Positions 37,534 to 48,596 are shown, numbered from the stretch's first letter. The stretch: 64,000 nucleotides of DNA from Azolla caroliniana (GCA_043228905.1 JBHGNT010000012.1:16988001-17052000), one strand, 5' to 3'. Made by a program: numbers and translations. Notes: a model not told the origin generated them from the sequence alone.

Positions 37534-38086
37534 AGTATAGGGGAAAGGGTAGGAGGATGAGGGAGAGTGACAAGTAGGCTAGAGGGGAAAATTGGTTCAA
37601 ACTGTCAGGAATAGTACTAAAACAGAGATGGAATTAGTACTAAGAAGAGTAGTACTGTCAGGAATAGTACTAAAACAGAGATGGAATTAGTACTAAGAAG
37701 AGTAGTACTATTAGTACTAAGAGGACGGGACTGTGTAAGATTCCCGAGAGAGAGGAAGTGAGAAGAGGAGAGAGAGAGAGGGAAATAGGATGATGACAGC
37801 AGCTCTTATATTATATGAAAGATAAGTACAAATCGACTAAGAGGCTTAAGACTGGTGTTGAACCAATTTGGTTCAACATAATGCTTAGTGCCTTCTTTTA
37901 TAGTGTTCTCAGGAATAATCCTGAAGCTTCTAGAATGTTCCAGAGAAATCTGGAATATACATTACTTTCTTATAATAAAACATAAATGAAAATAATATTC
38001 TATGAATTACAATAGATGGTGAGATGGTTAAGAGCTCGACCCATATACCATAAGGTCATGGGTTCGAGTCTTGCCATCTCATGACA

Positions 38087-41075
38087 CCAGGTGCTCCTTC
38101 CCTTTCTTCTCGAATCCTTCCGGTTGCTGCATGTAGATCTCTTCTTCGAGGTCACCGTGAAGGAATGCCGTCTTCACGTCCATCTGTTCTACCTCGAGGT
38201 CCATGCTTGCCGCTATGCTCAGCACCGTCCGGATGGAGGTCATCTTCACTACCGGGGCAAATATCTCGTCGAAGTCGACGCCCTTCTTCTGCTGAAACCC
38301 CTTCACCACGATCCTGGCTTTGTATCTCGGGGGGTTTCCGGCATCTCCCGGTTTCAGCTTGAACACCCACTTGTTTCGAAGTGCCCGCTTTCCTTTCGGC
38401 AACTCCACAAGTTCATATGTGTGGTTCTCATGCAGGGAATCCATCTCGTCCTGCATGGCACTCAACCACCTGCGGCTCTGGGTGTCATGCTTTGCTTCTT
38501 CAAAGCTCTCCGGCTCCCCTTCGTCGGTTAGCAGCACGTGCTCTGGTTCCGGAAATCTCCGGGGGGGCCTTCTCTCTCTTAGAGGATATCTCCGTTCCGG
38601 AGCTTCGGTAACCGGTTCTTCCGATTCTTCTTCATCCGAATCCATTTCGGGATCGGGGCCGGTTCCGGTATCATTTTCATCTTCTTCGGCCGGTTCTGTT
38701 TCTTCACCGTCTTCGGCCGGATCTTCGAGTGTTAACCGGTCCCTTGCCGGTCGGGACTGCTCCTCGTAGAGTTTATCCTCACCGGTCGACTTAGAGCTCT
38801 TCATCTTCTTCTCCGACTCCCAGTCGGTGAGTGTCTTGTTCTCCATGAAGATGATATCACGACTCCGGAATATCTTCTTGTCGACCGGGTCCCATACTCG
38901 GTAGCCGAACTCGTCGTCGCCGTAACCGAGGAATATGCATGGCCGGGTCTTTGGATCTAGCTTTCCTCTCCGGTCCTTTGCCACATACACGTATGCGAGA
39001 CACCCGAACACCTTCAGATGCCGGTAGGATACTTCCCTACCGGTCCACACTCTCTGCGGCGTGTCTCCGTCCAAAGGTACTGAGGGTGATCTGTTTATCA
39101 CGTATGTCGCCGTCGACATCGCCTCAGCCCAAAACCCCTTGGGTAATTCCGCATGCGCCAGCATACTCCGGACCCTCTCCATTATGGTCCGGTTCATCCT
39201 CTCGGCCAGCCCGTTCAGTTCCGGTGTCTTCGGCACAGTAAACTCGAGCCGGATTCCCTTCGAGCGACCGTACTCCGCGAACTGCCCCCGGTATTCCCCT
39301 CCGTTATCCGCTCGTATCGCTTTCAGCTTCTTGCCGGATTCCCTTTCCACTCTCGCGTGGAGTTCCTTGAAGACGGACAACACTTGGTCCTTTGTCTTCA
39401 ACGGTGCCGTCCACAGCTTCCGGCTGTGATCATCAATGAATGTCACGAAGTACTGGGCTCCGCCATGTGACTTCGTTTCTACCTGACACACATCAGTATG
39501 CACCAACTCCAATGGTGCGCTACGTCTCGTCGGTGGCCTTGAGTGGAAGGAGGTTCGGTTCTGCTTACCGGCCAGGCAATCGGTGCACTTCTCCAGGTGC
39601 ACATGCTTCACTGGAATAAGGTTGTCTTCTGCAAGCCTCTTCATCCCCTTCTCACTCATGTGGCACAGTCTTTTGTGCCACAGCTCACCGGCAGTGTCGG
39701 CTGCCACATTCAGCTCTTCCGGACATAAACGGGCATTCATCAGGTACAGGGTGTTGACTTTCCGGGCCCGAGCCACTATCAGGCTCCCCTTGCTGAACTT
39801 CATTACGCCGTTCCGGATGCTACCTGTGTAGCCTTCATCGTCTAGCCTCCCGGCCGAAATCAGGTTCAATCGAACGTCCGAAACGTGTCGGACATCCTTC
39901 AGCAGCATTTTGCATCCGGTCGGGGTTGTCAACCACACGTCTCCTATGCCGGCAATCCGGCACGTACCTTCATTTCCCATCCGAACACAGCCATGTTCAC
40001 CGGCTGTGTAGGATGAGAAGTATCTTCTTTCCGGGGTCAGGTGGAACGACGCTCCGGAATCGACCACCCAGGTAGTCTCATCGCCGGCAATGTTTAGTTC
40101 ACCTTCTTCGGTGATGAGCATGATCTCCTCTTCACTTGCCGCGAGTGCCGTCGTTCCTTTCCGGTCCTGCCCTCGCCGATCCGGACCTCTCCGGTCCGTG
40201 GCTCCCCGGTATGCACCGTTTCTCTCCGGTGACTTCTTCGAATCGGTGTCGTCGGCTCCGTTGTCTTTTCGGTAATGCCGACAATTCTTCCGGAAGTGCC
40301 CCGGCTTCCCACAGTGGAAGCATGTGGGTCTTCCTCTTGACTGCGACCGGGTCCCCGACTTCTCCCGTCTTTGCGGACTCCGGTTCCATTGTCTTCCCCG
40401 TTCCGATTCGGTAAGCAGCGCCTTCGAGTCGGAGGCCGGTTCTTTATCTCTCCGACGCGCTTCTTCGTTCAAAATACTTGTCTTTACCGTTTGTAGGGAC
40501 AAGTTATCTTCCGTGCAGGAGGTGCTGAGAGTCACCACCAAGTTCTCCCAGCTGTCTGGCAATGTACACATCAGGATGATGGCTTGCATTGCATCCTCCA
40601 ACGGGAACTTGATCGCCGCAAGCTGGTTCACGAATCCCATGAACTTGCTTACGTGTTCCACCATACTCTCGCCGTCCCGGTACTTGAGGTTCACTATCTT
40701 TCTCATCAGGGAGGTCCGGTTCAACGCATTCTTCCTCTCGTAGAGGCCCGACAGCTTCCGCCACATCTCATATGCGTTGGTGTCGTTCGCCACGTGTTGT
40801 AGAACGCTCACGTCGACGTATTGCCGAATGGTTGCAACGGCTTTCCGGTTCAGAAGCCTCCACTCCGTCTCAAGTACCCCCTTGGGTATTTCCGACCTGT
40901 CGATCGGTTCATACAGGTCCCGAACAATGAGCAGATCCTCCATCTTTATCTTCCAGTCGGCGTAGTTCTGCGCATTCAGCACCATCATCCCCGGCTGCCC
41001 GCTGCTGCCGCCTTCCATTTTCTGTGTTACCGTCGCTCTGATACCAGTTTGTTGAAATTCCGTGCTCGGCCACAA
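38087..41075 (-). CDS. Copia gag-pol (Gag-CCHC-PR-IN-RT N-part), interrupted; continues at 31970-32311
   Basis: 998-aa ORF with CFHCGKPGHFRKNC, WVVDSGASFH, IRADNGGEY and QMDVKTAFLHG. Confidence 0.92.
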
Positions 41076-41723
41076 CCGAGGAACAGGATCGATTCACAGA
41101 AAACGGGAAATTACAAGAATGCACGAAAACAATAGAGAGAAGGGTACACTGGATGTTTTACGTGGAAAACCCTAAATGGGAAAAAACCACGGGAGTGCAA
41201 GACTCCAACTATCACTATACGCGGGGAATGTACAATGGCGAGCTGCAAGGCGACGACCTTCAGCTCCCTGTCCTCGCCACAGGCGGCGGTATTACACAGA
41301 GGCGTCGACCTCTTCCTTCCTCTTTCTCTCTCACTCTCTCTCGGCTGCTCTCACTTCGCTCCCTCTTAGTGGAAAACAGAAAAATGAGCAACAACAACTA
41401 AAACTGTTTGCCCTAAGTCATATTTATACACATATGACTTTCGGGCTATTTACAAATATAGCCTCAAGGGCCCTTGGCAAACATATTCACAGATATGTCC
41501 CCGCATCCGGATCTCTCTCCGGGTACATACGTCATCCGGCTCCGTAACCGGGGTCTTCAGCATCCGGCTCCGTAACCAGGGACTTCATCATCCGGATCCG
41601 TAGCCGGGTACTCTTCATCCGGCTTCATGCCGGGTACTCTTCATCATACGGTTCCGTAACAGCCTCCGGGCTTGCCGTCATTCATCTCCGGACATCCCAT
41701 CCGGAGGGACCGAAATCCCAACA

Positions 41724-42520
41724 GAAGCTAATACATGTGATGAAGAGGGAACCATAATTGAGGCTTGCTCGATTGAGAGGGTCAATGGGTATGAGGCCCA
41801 TGAGTTTGAAGAGATAGCCATGGAGAATAATGTCCATGCAAAGAGGGCATACCACGACCATGAAGAGACTTTTCCCACGATGGTTCTAGAGACTTGGGCA
41901 TTAACCGATGTAAGACCCAAGAGACGGAAGGTGGTCTTGAGGAAGCAAAGGTCAAAGTTGATGCGAACAACCTTAAGGTGAAAGTGGCAAGGGTAGCACA
42001 ACAAAGGTGGACTACAAAAACGTATGGATCCTTGCACTCTCGTTCGAGAGACTTGGGCATAATCGATTTAAGACCCATTGAAGAGAAGGACAATGGCAGC
42101 GAGGAAGCAAGGGTTGAAGCTGGTGCATGCGACAAGGAGATCAAGCAAAGCAGAATTATGGAAGCCGATGCGTGTGATAGAGAGATAGCCAAGGAGATGG
42201 CTATGGACAACACGACAAAGGAAAACACCAATCAAGATGAGAATTCCTTCACACATATTCTAGAGACTTGGGCAATTGCATACGAAAGACAATGTGAGAC
42301 CCAAGAGACAGAAGGTGGTGGCGAGTGGATTGACAAAGCAGGTGTATATGACAAAGAGACCGAGCAAAGCTCAAAAAGGGATGAGGAGTGCCAAACGGGC
42401 CAGGTGGATCCGAAGGATGTGATCACAATATCTAACAAGGATGACACTAGCATCGTGGTCAACTCTAACACGATAGTATACCAACACGTTCACGTTCACA
42501 AGTGGAAGGATCACACATAA
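41724..42520 (+). pseudogene. Acidic, repetitive retroelement-derived ORF relic
   Basis: Repeated xLETWA...ETQETEGG units, similar to ILETLA...ETAGGGE at 8290-8350. Confidence 0.4.
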
Positions 42521-42840
42521 ATGGAAGGATAAGGGAAATTTTAGGGGTTTTTCAATGATTTTACAAAACACATTGATACCAGTATCATACATGTTCAAAC
42601 ATACTATGAAAAAGGTTAAAAATCCACTATTTTCGTGATTTAGAAGTAACTAAAAAAAGACGAATTTCAAAAAGATACATTCTCTATTTATATCACAAAC
42701 TCTACAACCAATGTTATTTTATAAGAAACGATTTTTTAGAAATCATAAGAATTCAAAACACATGATTTTATATTACTCGATTTGTTACAAGCGGAATGTA
42801 GTTACACTTAATAGCCAAATATACATTCATGATCACTCCT

Positions 42841-44630
42841 TTACGGAGAATCACTACTATAACTAATATACAATGACGATTCCTCCTCATCATCCTCGGA
42901 TGTACCAATCAGTGCATTATCTTCATCATAAACCAAATGGTTTGACTCTAGATTATATGTAGCAGATCTCGTTTGCCTTTGACTCGAGCCACCTTGTAGA
43001 CCTGGTAATTTTTCTTTTATTATATCTATTGTTGACTTCCTTAATCGTTCGGCTTTTGTAAGTGTGAAGTCGTACGCGATGATATCCACATCAGAGATAT
43101 CAAGGGTCGAGGTGTTACGAATGTTTCGCTTCCTCTTCCTACCTCCCCTTCTTGTTTGGCATTCAATCATCTCCAATGTATACTTACCTGTAAAAGCATT
43201 TGCACTTCTAGTGTTGTACCAATGAACATTTATAGACTTGATCGTGTTTTCTATTTCATGCATTAGCACTTCTAGAATTTTACCAACCCAAAATTGGTGG
43301 CCATGTGAGTTCTCATCAGCCGGCGTTGCAATCAACATCCCCGCGGTGTCGTGACGATTTTCGGCTACGGTGTGAAACCGAGTGAGACGAATAAACCAAG
43401 GATGTGCAACATTGCACATACACTTAGCAAATAAGCCTCCTAAGGCCTAGTGGCACTTGAGTTCATACAGAGGGGGGTGCAAGCAAGGTTTGAACCTTGC
43501 ACCTCTAAGATACAAGATAATTGCCTTACCACTAGGACAACTATCATATAGTGTAAATGTTATGTATTTCCTTTTCATATACAAATTATAAACGAAACAA
43601 CCATAGAAAACCATGTGCACAAAACCATGGTTTTAAACCCATGGTTTGTGCATGACATAAGCAAAACCGTGTGCACAAAACCATGGTTTTAGCCCATGGT
43701 TTTGTGCGTGTCACGAGCATGGAAAGACCTATAAAAGCCTCTAGTTGGGCTTGTGTAAGGGGGGCTCAATATGTGATATCACCAACACCACTATCATCAA
43801 TATAATTATATTTGTCTTTATCTTCTTCATGTTTTTCTACTTCTCAAGTGTACAATTTTTCTCCTTCTCAAGTAAACCAATTTCATCTAATCTTACATTG
43901 ATCGTCATCTAGCATCAATAATTCCGCGAACGTCCTCCCCAGTCCAAGACCCCGGTGGTCGCTCGAGTAGCACACGCACGCGCGAATCTTCGCGATAGCG
44001 GTGAGCTCTCGCAAATTTCCTTGCCATCTAGCTTCGGCTGCTTTCGTCATCCTTGGTCCCACATAAATGTCTCTTTGTTGTGGATGGACCAAGCTGTCAT
44101 TAATCGCATTTACTAGTTGCTCCGGACTTCTATTTACACGATCATGTTGCAGCGACCATGTGAATGGCGTTTCCAAATTCCAATTATCAACAGATACACA
44201 ATTGTCTATAATTTCTTTCTGATCACTATAAAATACATCCCACCATGACGTGTCTTGTTGTGTGGCATATTTCTTGGCGGCCTCAATATGCTTTCTTTTT
44301 TCTTCTAAGGCTTGGAGCCATGACCGTTTTTGTTCTGATACCAAGTCGCTCTGCAACTATCCTTTCTTCTCAATTGGCATTTGCTTAGCTCCATGGACAA
44401 TTGTACTCGGCATACAAAGTAATAACTGGCAACCACCTTCAGGTTCCCATGTTGTAGAAGATGAATATTGTTTAGCATACAAAAGTGTAGAACCACTTAT
44501 TCCATTTTTCTTTATCATAAAAATGTGATTGAAACTTATATTGTTTAACTGAGCAAGCACTTTAACATTCCCACCACCCCCATCTAATATATATCTCTTA
44601 AAGTCATATACCTCCTTCAAGCACTTGATA
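42841..44630 (-). pseudogene. C-terminal part of a putative DNA-transposon protein, 5'-truncated, with one in-frame stop and a solo-LTR insertion
   Basis: Three ORF pieces join into one frame after removing 43347-43997 plus the TSD (..LRELTAGMLIATPADENSHGHQFWVGK..) and reading through TAG at 44357-44359. The transposase identity is tentative. Confidence 0.6.
43347..43997 (+). mobile_element. Solo LTR (tRNA-Trp-PBS family) with 4-bp TSD GCGG
   Basis: TGTCGTGA...TCGCGATA termini. GCGG at 43343-43346 and 43998-44001. Excision restores the host reading frame. Confidence 0.9.
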
Positions 44631-44653
44631 GCTCACCAAACCTTATTGTTACC

Positions 44654-47374
44654 TTGAGGCCTTATATACAAGGCCATGTAAGTCTAAGAGATGAAGTGCC
44701 CTCCCCATTGAAGGCCACAAAAAGGGTATCCAAAGTCCAGTCAAGACCACCAAAGAAAAAGACAACCAAAATGTCGGATACAGATTCAACAAGTGAAAAC
44801 GAAGAGGAGGATAATAAGGGGACGCCAGGAGCTGAGCTGGCCTCGGGTGTTTTGTCATCCGAGCAGAATAAGATAAGGAGAGAGTTAATGCAACGGAAAC
44901 TGGTCAGGAAAGGGCAAGTGTTTAATTTGCCTATAACACACATCCATCGGCCCCCTATTGATGAAAAAACAGGTCGAAGACCACTTGAGATTAGAGAGCC
45001 TCACCGCATGCATGTTCAAAATCTCAAGAAAAAAATGAAAATTAATCCTCATGCCATTGTGGTGCCTTTTATTGTTATGGTAGATCCTGAAGAATGTGAA
45101 ACCATTGAAGATTTTGATATTAGAAAGCATGATCAATATAATTATTTTGTCATTAGTGGATCGCATTCAGCAGAGGCACGTCGACAACTTGTGAGAGAAC
45201 ATCCAACCACTTTCTTCTTCAAGTATGCCGAGTGCAAAATTTATGTTGGGCTCACAACTGAAGAGGCTAAGCTGTTGGCATGGGACCATAATAATGATAA
45301 TGACTATAGGCAGAAAATGTCGTCCATTGAGTGTATATGGTTCTTCCACCACGAGTATTTAGACATGAAACAAAAGTTTGGTGTGAAGTTACATCCAGGC
45401 CTTCGACGTCAATGTCTGCATGAAGTCGGCATTGTGGTAGATGATAATGTTAGGTCCGATGGTCTTCGAAAGTATGAGTCTTGGTTTCAATTGGCGTTTA
45501 GAGATGGAGAAGTATGGGACCTACAAGATCAAATCTTCTCAATGTGGGAGAATAAGGAGGTAAAGGGTCAACGACAAAAGAAATGTAGGGTTGACCCTCA
45601 ACTAGAGTTAAAGTCACAAGCCGCCAAGAAAATTGACTTGACAATTGAAGAAGCGGCAGATGACATGAAGCTGTCTCTATGGAGAGCGATGCAAGGTATT
45701 AAGGACGAGCAGCTTCTTGTGTCGGTTTTGTCAAGGGTTGTGGCGAAAGATTTAAGCCTTGAAGAAATGGTCACTGAGTTCAATAAGTAAGTCTTTCAAA
45801 TACTGAAATTATAGTCTATCTGGTGTAATTAAAAGTTCTAATCTTGATTTCTAATTTTACAGTCATAAGGTGTACATGAAGATCCAAGAAGTTATGATGA
45901 AACAACTTGGATGTATAACTTGGGAACAAGTGACCGAGGATTATCCTCTAACGTCTTCGTATAAGGCGTTATCAGAGTATTTTATTGCATTCAAGGATTG
46001 GGTTAGTATTCTTGTTTTTTCATTACCCTTTCATCATATGTAGAGCTTGTATAATAATACTTGATGTCCTATTGCTTCTATTAGAAACCGTGTCGAGGCA
46101 AGAAACAAGGAGAAGTTAAGGATATACACGATTTCCCTACATCCTTCCTTGCACATCTCGAGCGAGCCAGAAAAGAAAAGGATCGTCGCTTAGTCAAGGC
46201 GTACGAAATGGAGGAAGATGGCTCCTTTAAAAAATTTAGCCACAAAAAAGATATTACGAGAGATCTTAACTACAATGTGGTTTGCGGTGATGTCATCGAC
46301 TTGATCCAGAAGGTGCCAAAGAAGGAATATACGCTAATGATTGCAGATATTCCTTACGGATTTCGAATGGTTGGGTCATCATACGACGATGAACCGTTTA
46401 GGTTTAAACAATTGGAGAAGATGGTCAAGGATTTCGCTGAGCTAACGACCGCATCCTTGTAGCGAATAGTTGTCTTTCATAGTATGGACCAAGGGTACTC
46501 GGTAGCTCAAGCTTTGAGATCTCGTTGCCATGGCATCGAGAACCTTGCATGGTAAGGATTATTTATAGGTGTCTTTCACTATATTGCATTTCTTAAGGTT
46601 GTTGAATCTATTCTTAACTCGATGAATTATTTTTTATATGATCAAGACCAATGTAAATAGAGGGCCAACTTTTCGGTTCGTTAATGTCATTGAATACATA
46701 ACGGTTGGCTACTTCGATGAAATTAAGAAACAGAGAATCAAAGAGCATTCTAATGAAGTGGGAGGTTCAAATCTGTTGGTATATCTAGCAGTGATACGGA
46801 AATTGCGACATGTCACCACGACAGAACGGGGACTTGTCAACCCATACCAAAAACCTCAACGACTTCTGATGCGCTTGATCGAGATGTTTTCTGTCGAAGG
46901 AGACTGGATATTAGATCTCTTTTCTGGCACAGGTATTCCTCGAACTAGGGTAACAATCTTGAGATAACCAATCCCTTTTTTTTCGTTTGACAACTAAATC
47001 TTCTTGTTACTTACATCACAGGAACTACGTCAGCATGTGCATTGAAGCTGTTTAGAAATACAGTTGCATTGGAGAAGGACGAGGACCAAGTTATATTTAT
47101 TAATATGCGGATTAAGGCTTTGTGGGAGTGCCCAGACTAGGATGAGGAGGTCGGTGCAAAGAACCTCGCCAATACAGAAAGGTTTCAACCTGCTTCGCGA
47201 GAGCCTATTCCTCCGTTAGCCGGCGAACCGGTGGAGCTAATAGAGCTTGATGATGAGCTTATAGAAGATATTTCGTTGGCTCGGCTAACAGGGGAAACCA
47301 ATGCACGTATAGCCGAAGACAGTTCTACACAAGATGATGAAGAAAATGACGTTGATGAATTGATTGCTATGTAA
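44654..47374 (+). pseudogene. Spliced gene for a ParB/Srx-like domain plus beta-class N4/N6 DNA methyltransferase; exons ~44654-45786, 45863-46001, 46085-46551, 46640-46932, 47022-47374
   Basis: Introns of 76, 83, 88 and 89 bp keep the frame (about 795 codons). Motifs are VISGSHS..ARRQL, EEAKLLAWDHN, CGDVID, ADIPYG, W-IKTN, NPYQKP, GDWILDLFSGTG-TT and RNTVALEKD. Lesions are TAG 46460-46462, TAG 47138-47140 and the intron-3 acceptor AG>AT. Confidence 0.85.
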
Positions 47375-47794
47375 TAGACTCTATGAAGAATATGACACTG
47401 ACGATTTGTTAAGATTTCACATTATTAATACAAATTTTGGGTTTTACCTAGTGGATTCTATTCTTTATAATCTTCTATATGTTTCAATTTTATTTTTATA
47501 TACTTGATTAGTAGATTTATGACATTGGTTTCACCGCGTGCATAGCTGACTACCAAACTTATGGAGAAACATGAACTAGTTTAAATGGAGGCTGATTTTG
47601 GTCCAAGCTAACCTTAACAGAACATGGCCCTATAATTGTTGCCATGACTGTCCATGTTGTTATTATGGATCTTTGTCTTCTATTGTTAAAACTATTATGT
47701 TTCTATTCCATTGCTGCTTAGATTGTGTAGTGTGTTGATAATGGTTCCAGTTGCGTTATCGTTCGGAGTTTGATCTTGTGTGAATCACCTAAGC

Positions 47795-48040
47795 AATAGA
47801 GTAGATCAATTTTAAATACAGGTATGAAAGCCTAATAGGTTTGTTATTTCCACGACATTATCCTAAAGTTCACTGCCTTACATTGTCCACAATTATAAAC
47901 ATATGGTTTGATCCCATATGAACAAACTGAGGAATAGATTAGATCAACTTTAAATACAAGTATTGAATACTTTAATAAGTTAGTTATTCCAATCACTTAT
48001 CCTAATGTGCACTATCCTACATTTTCCACAATTACATACA
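47795..48040. repeat. Diverged ~137-bp tandem pair downstream of the methyltransferase gene
   Basis: aataga.tagatcaa.tttaaataca.gtat...ttatcctaa.gt.cact..c.tacatt.tccacaatta occurs twice. Confidence 0.7.
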
Positions 48041-48596
48041 TGCACGTATGGGTCAAAGTATAAATTATATCTCATTTTATTAGTATGGATACAAGTACAC
48101 CTCATATATTTGTAAAACTTACCTAATTAATATAAGTCTTTAAGTTAGTGTTTCCCTTGTCGCACAGTAGTGACATATTGAGCCATAGTTGAACTTTATT
48201 ATGCCTACATTAACTTATAAACATGTCTAAACTTGCATGATTTCTAATGATCTCCACTCGTAGATCTATCATGTATTTTTATATTTGCAAATTCTCATCA
48301 AGTTGAGGAACATGTGATACTAGTGCATCCAATTTTTGTAGAGAGGGTGTATTTGCTTCGTTTTAAGAAGATTCTACAAGTGGAATGCGCAATCCTTCCA
48401 CTTGTGAATGCGAACGTGTTTACCATGAAAGTGGACAAAGTGGGAAGCATGCAATATGGTCACTTAAGGACCTAGTGGTGAGCATGCAATTGAAGAATGG
48501 GCCACCAAGCGTAGTGAACATTAGTATTCTGATAAGGCCTTGGGAAAGCATGTATGGAACAAGAAAAGACGATAAAGGAAAGTTAGGTGACCAAGG

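Larger units (their letters stand above)
32312..38086 (-). mobile_element. Complete, young Ty3/Gypsy chromovirus (Tcn1/Tf1-like), copy C
   Basis: 484-bp LTRs at 32312-32795 and 37603-38086 with one mismatch seen by eye. TSD CCAGG at 32307-32311 and 38087-38091. PPT AAGGGGGAGATAG. Intact gag and pol. Confidence 0.96.
31970..41723 (-). mobile_element. Ty1/Copia (Tnt1-like) element, split by Gypsy copy C and 3'-deleted; 5' LTR 41050-41723, PBS-Met 41035-41046
   Basis: Removing 32312-38086 and one CCAGG restores KEHLVCRLKKSLYGLKQ. RT continues to about 31970. Confidence 0.92.

Noticed and set aside
44654-47374. Bacterial contamination as the source of the methyltransferase
   Set aside because: The gene has spliceosomal-type introns. 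Its partner gene is interrupted by a solo LTR of a family found elsewhere in this window, and it is contiguous with a plant kinase locus.
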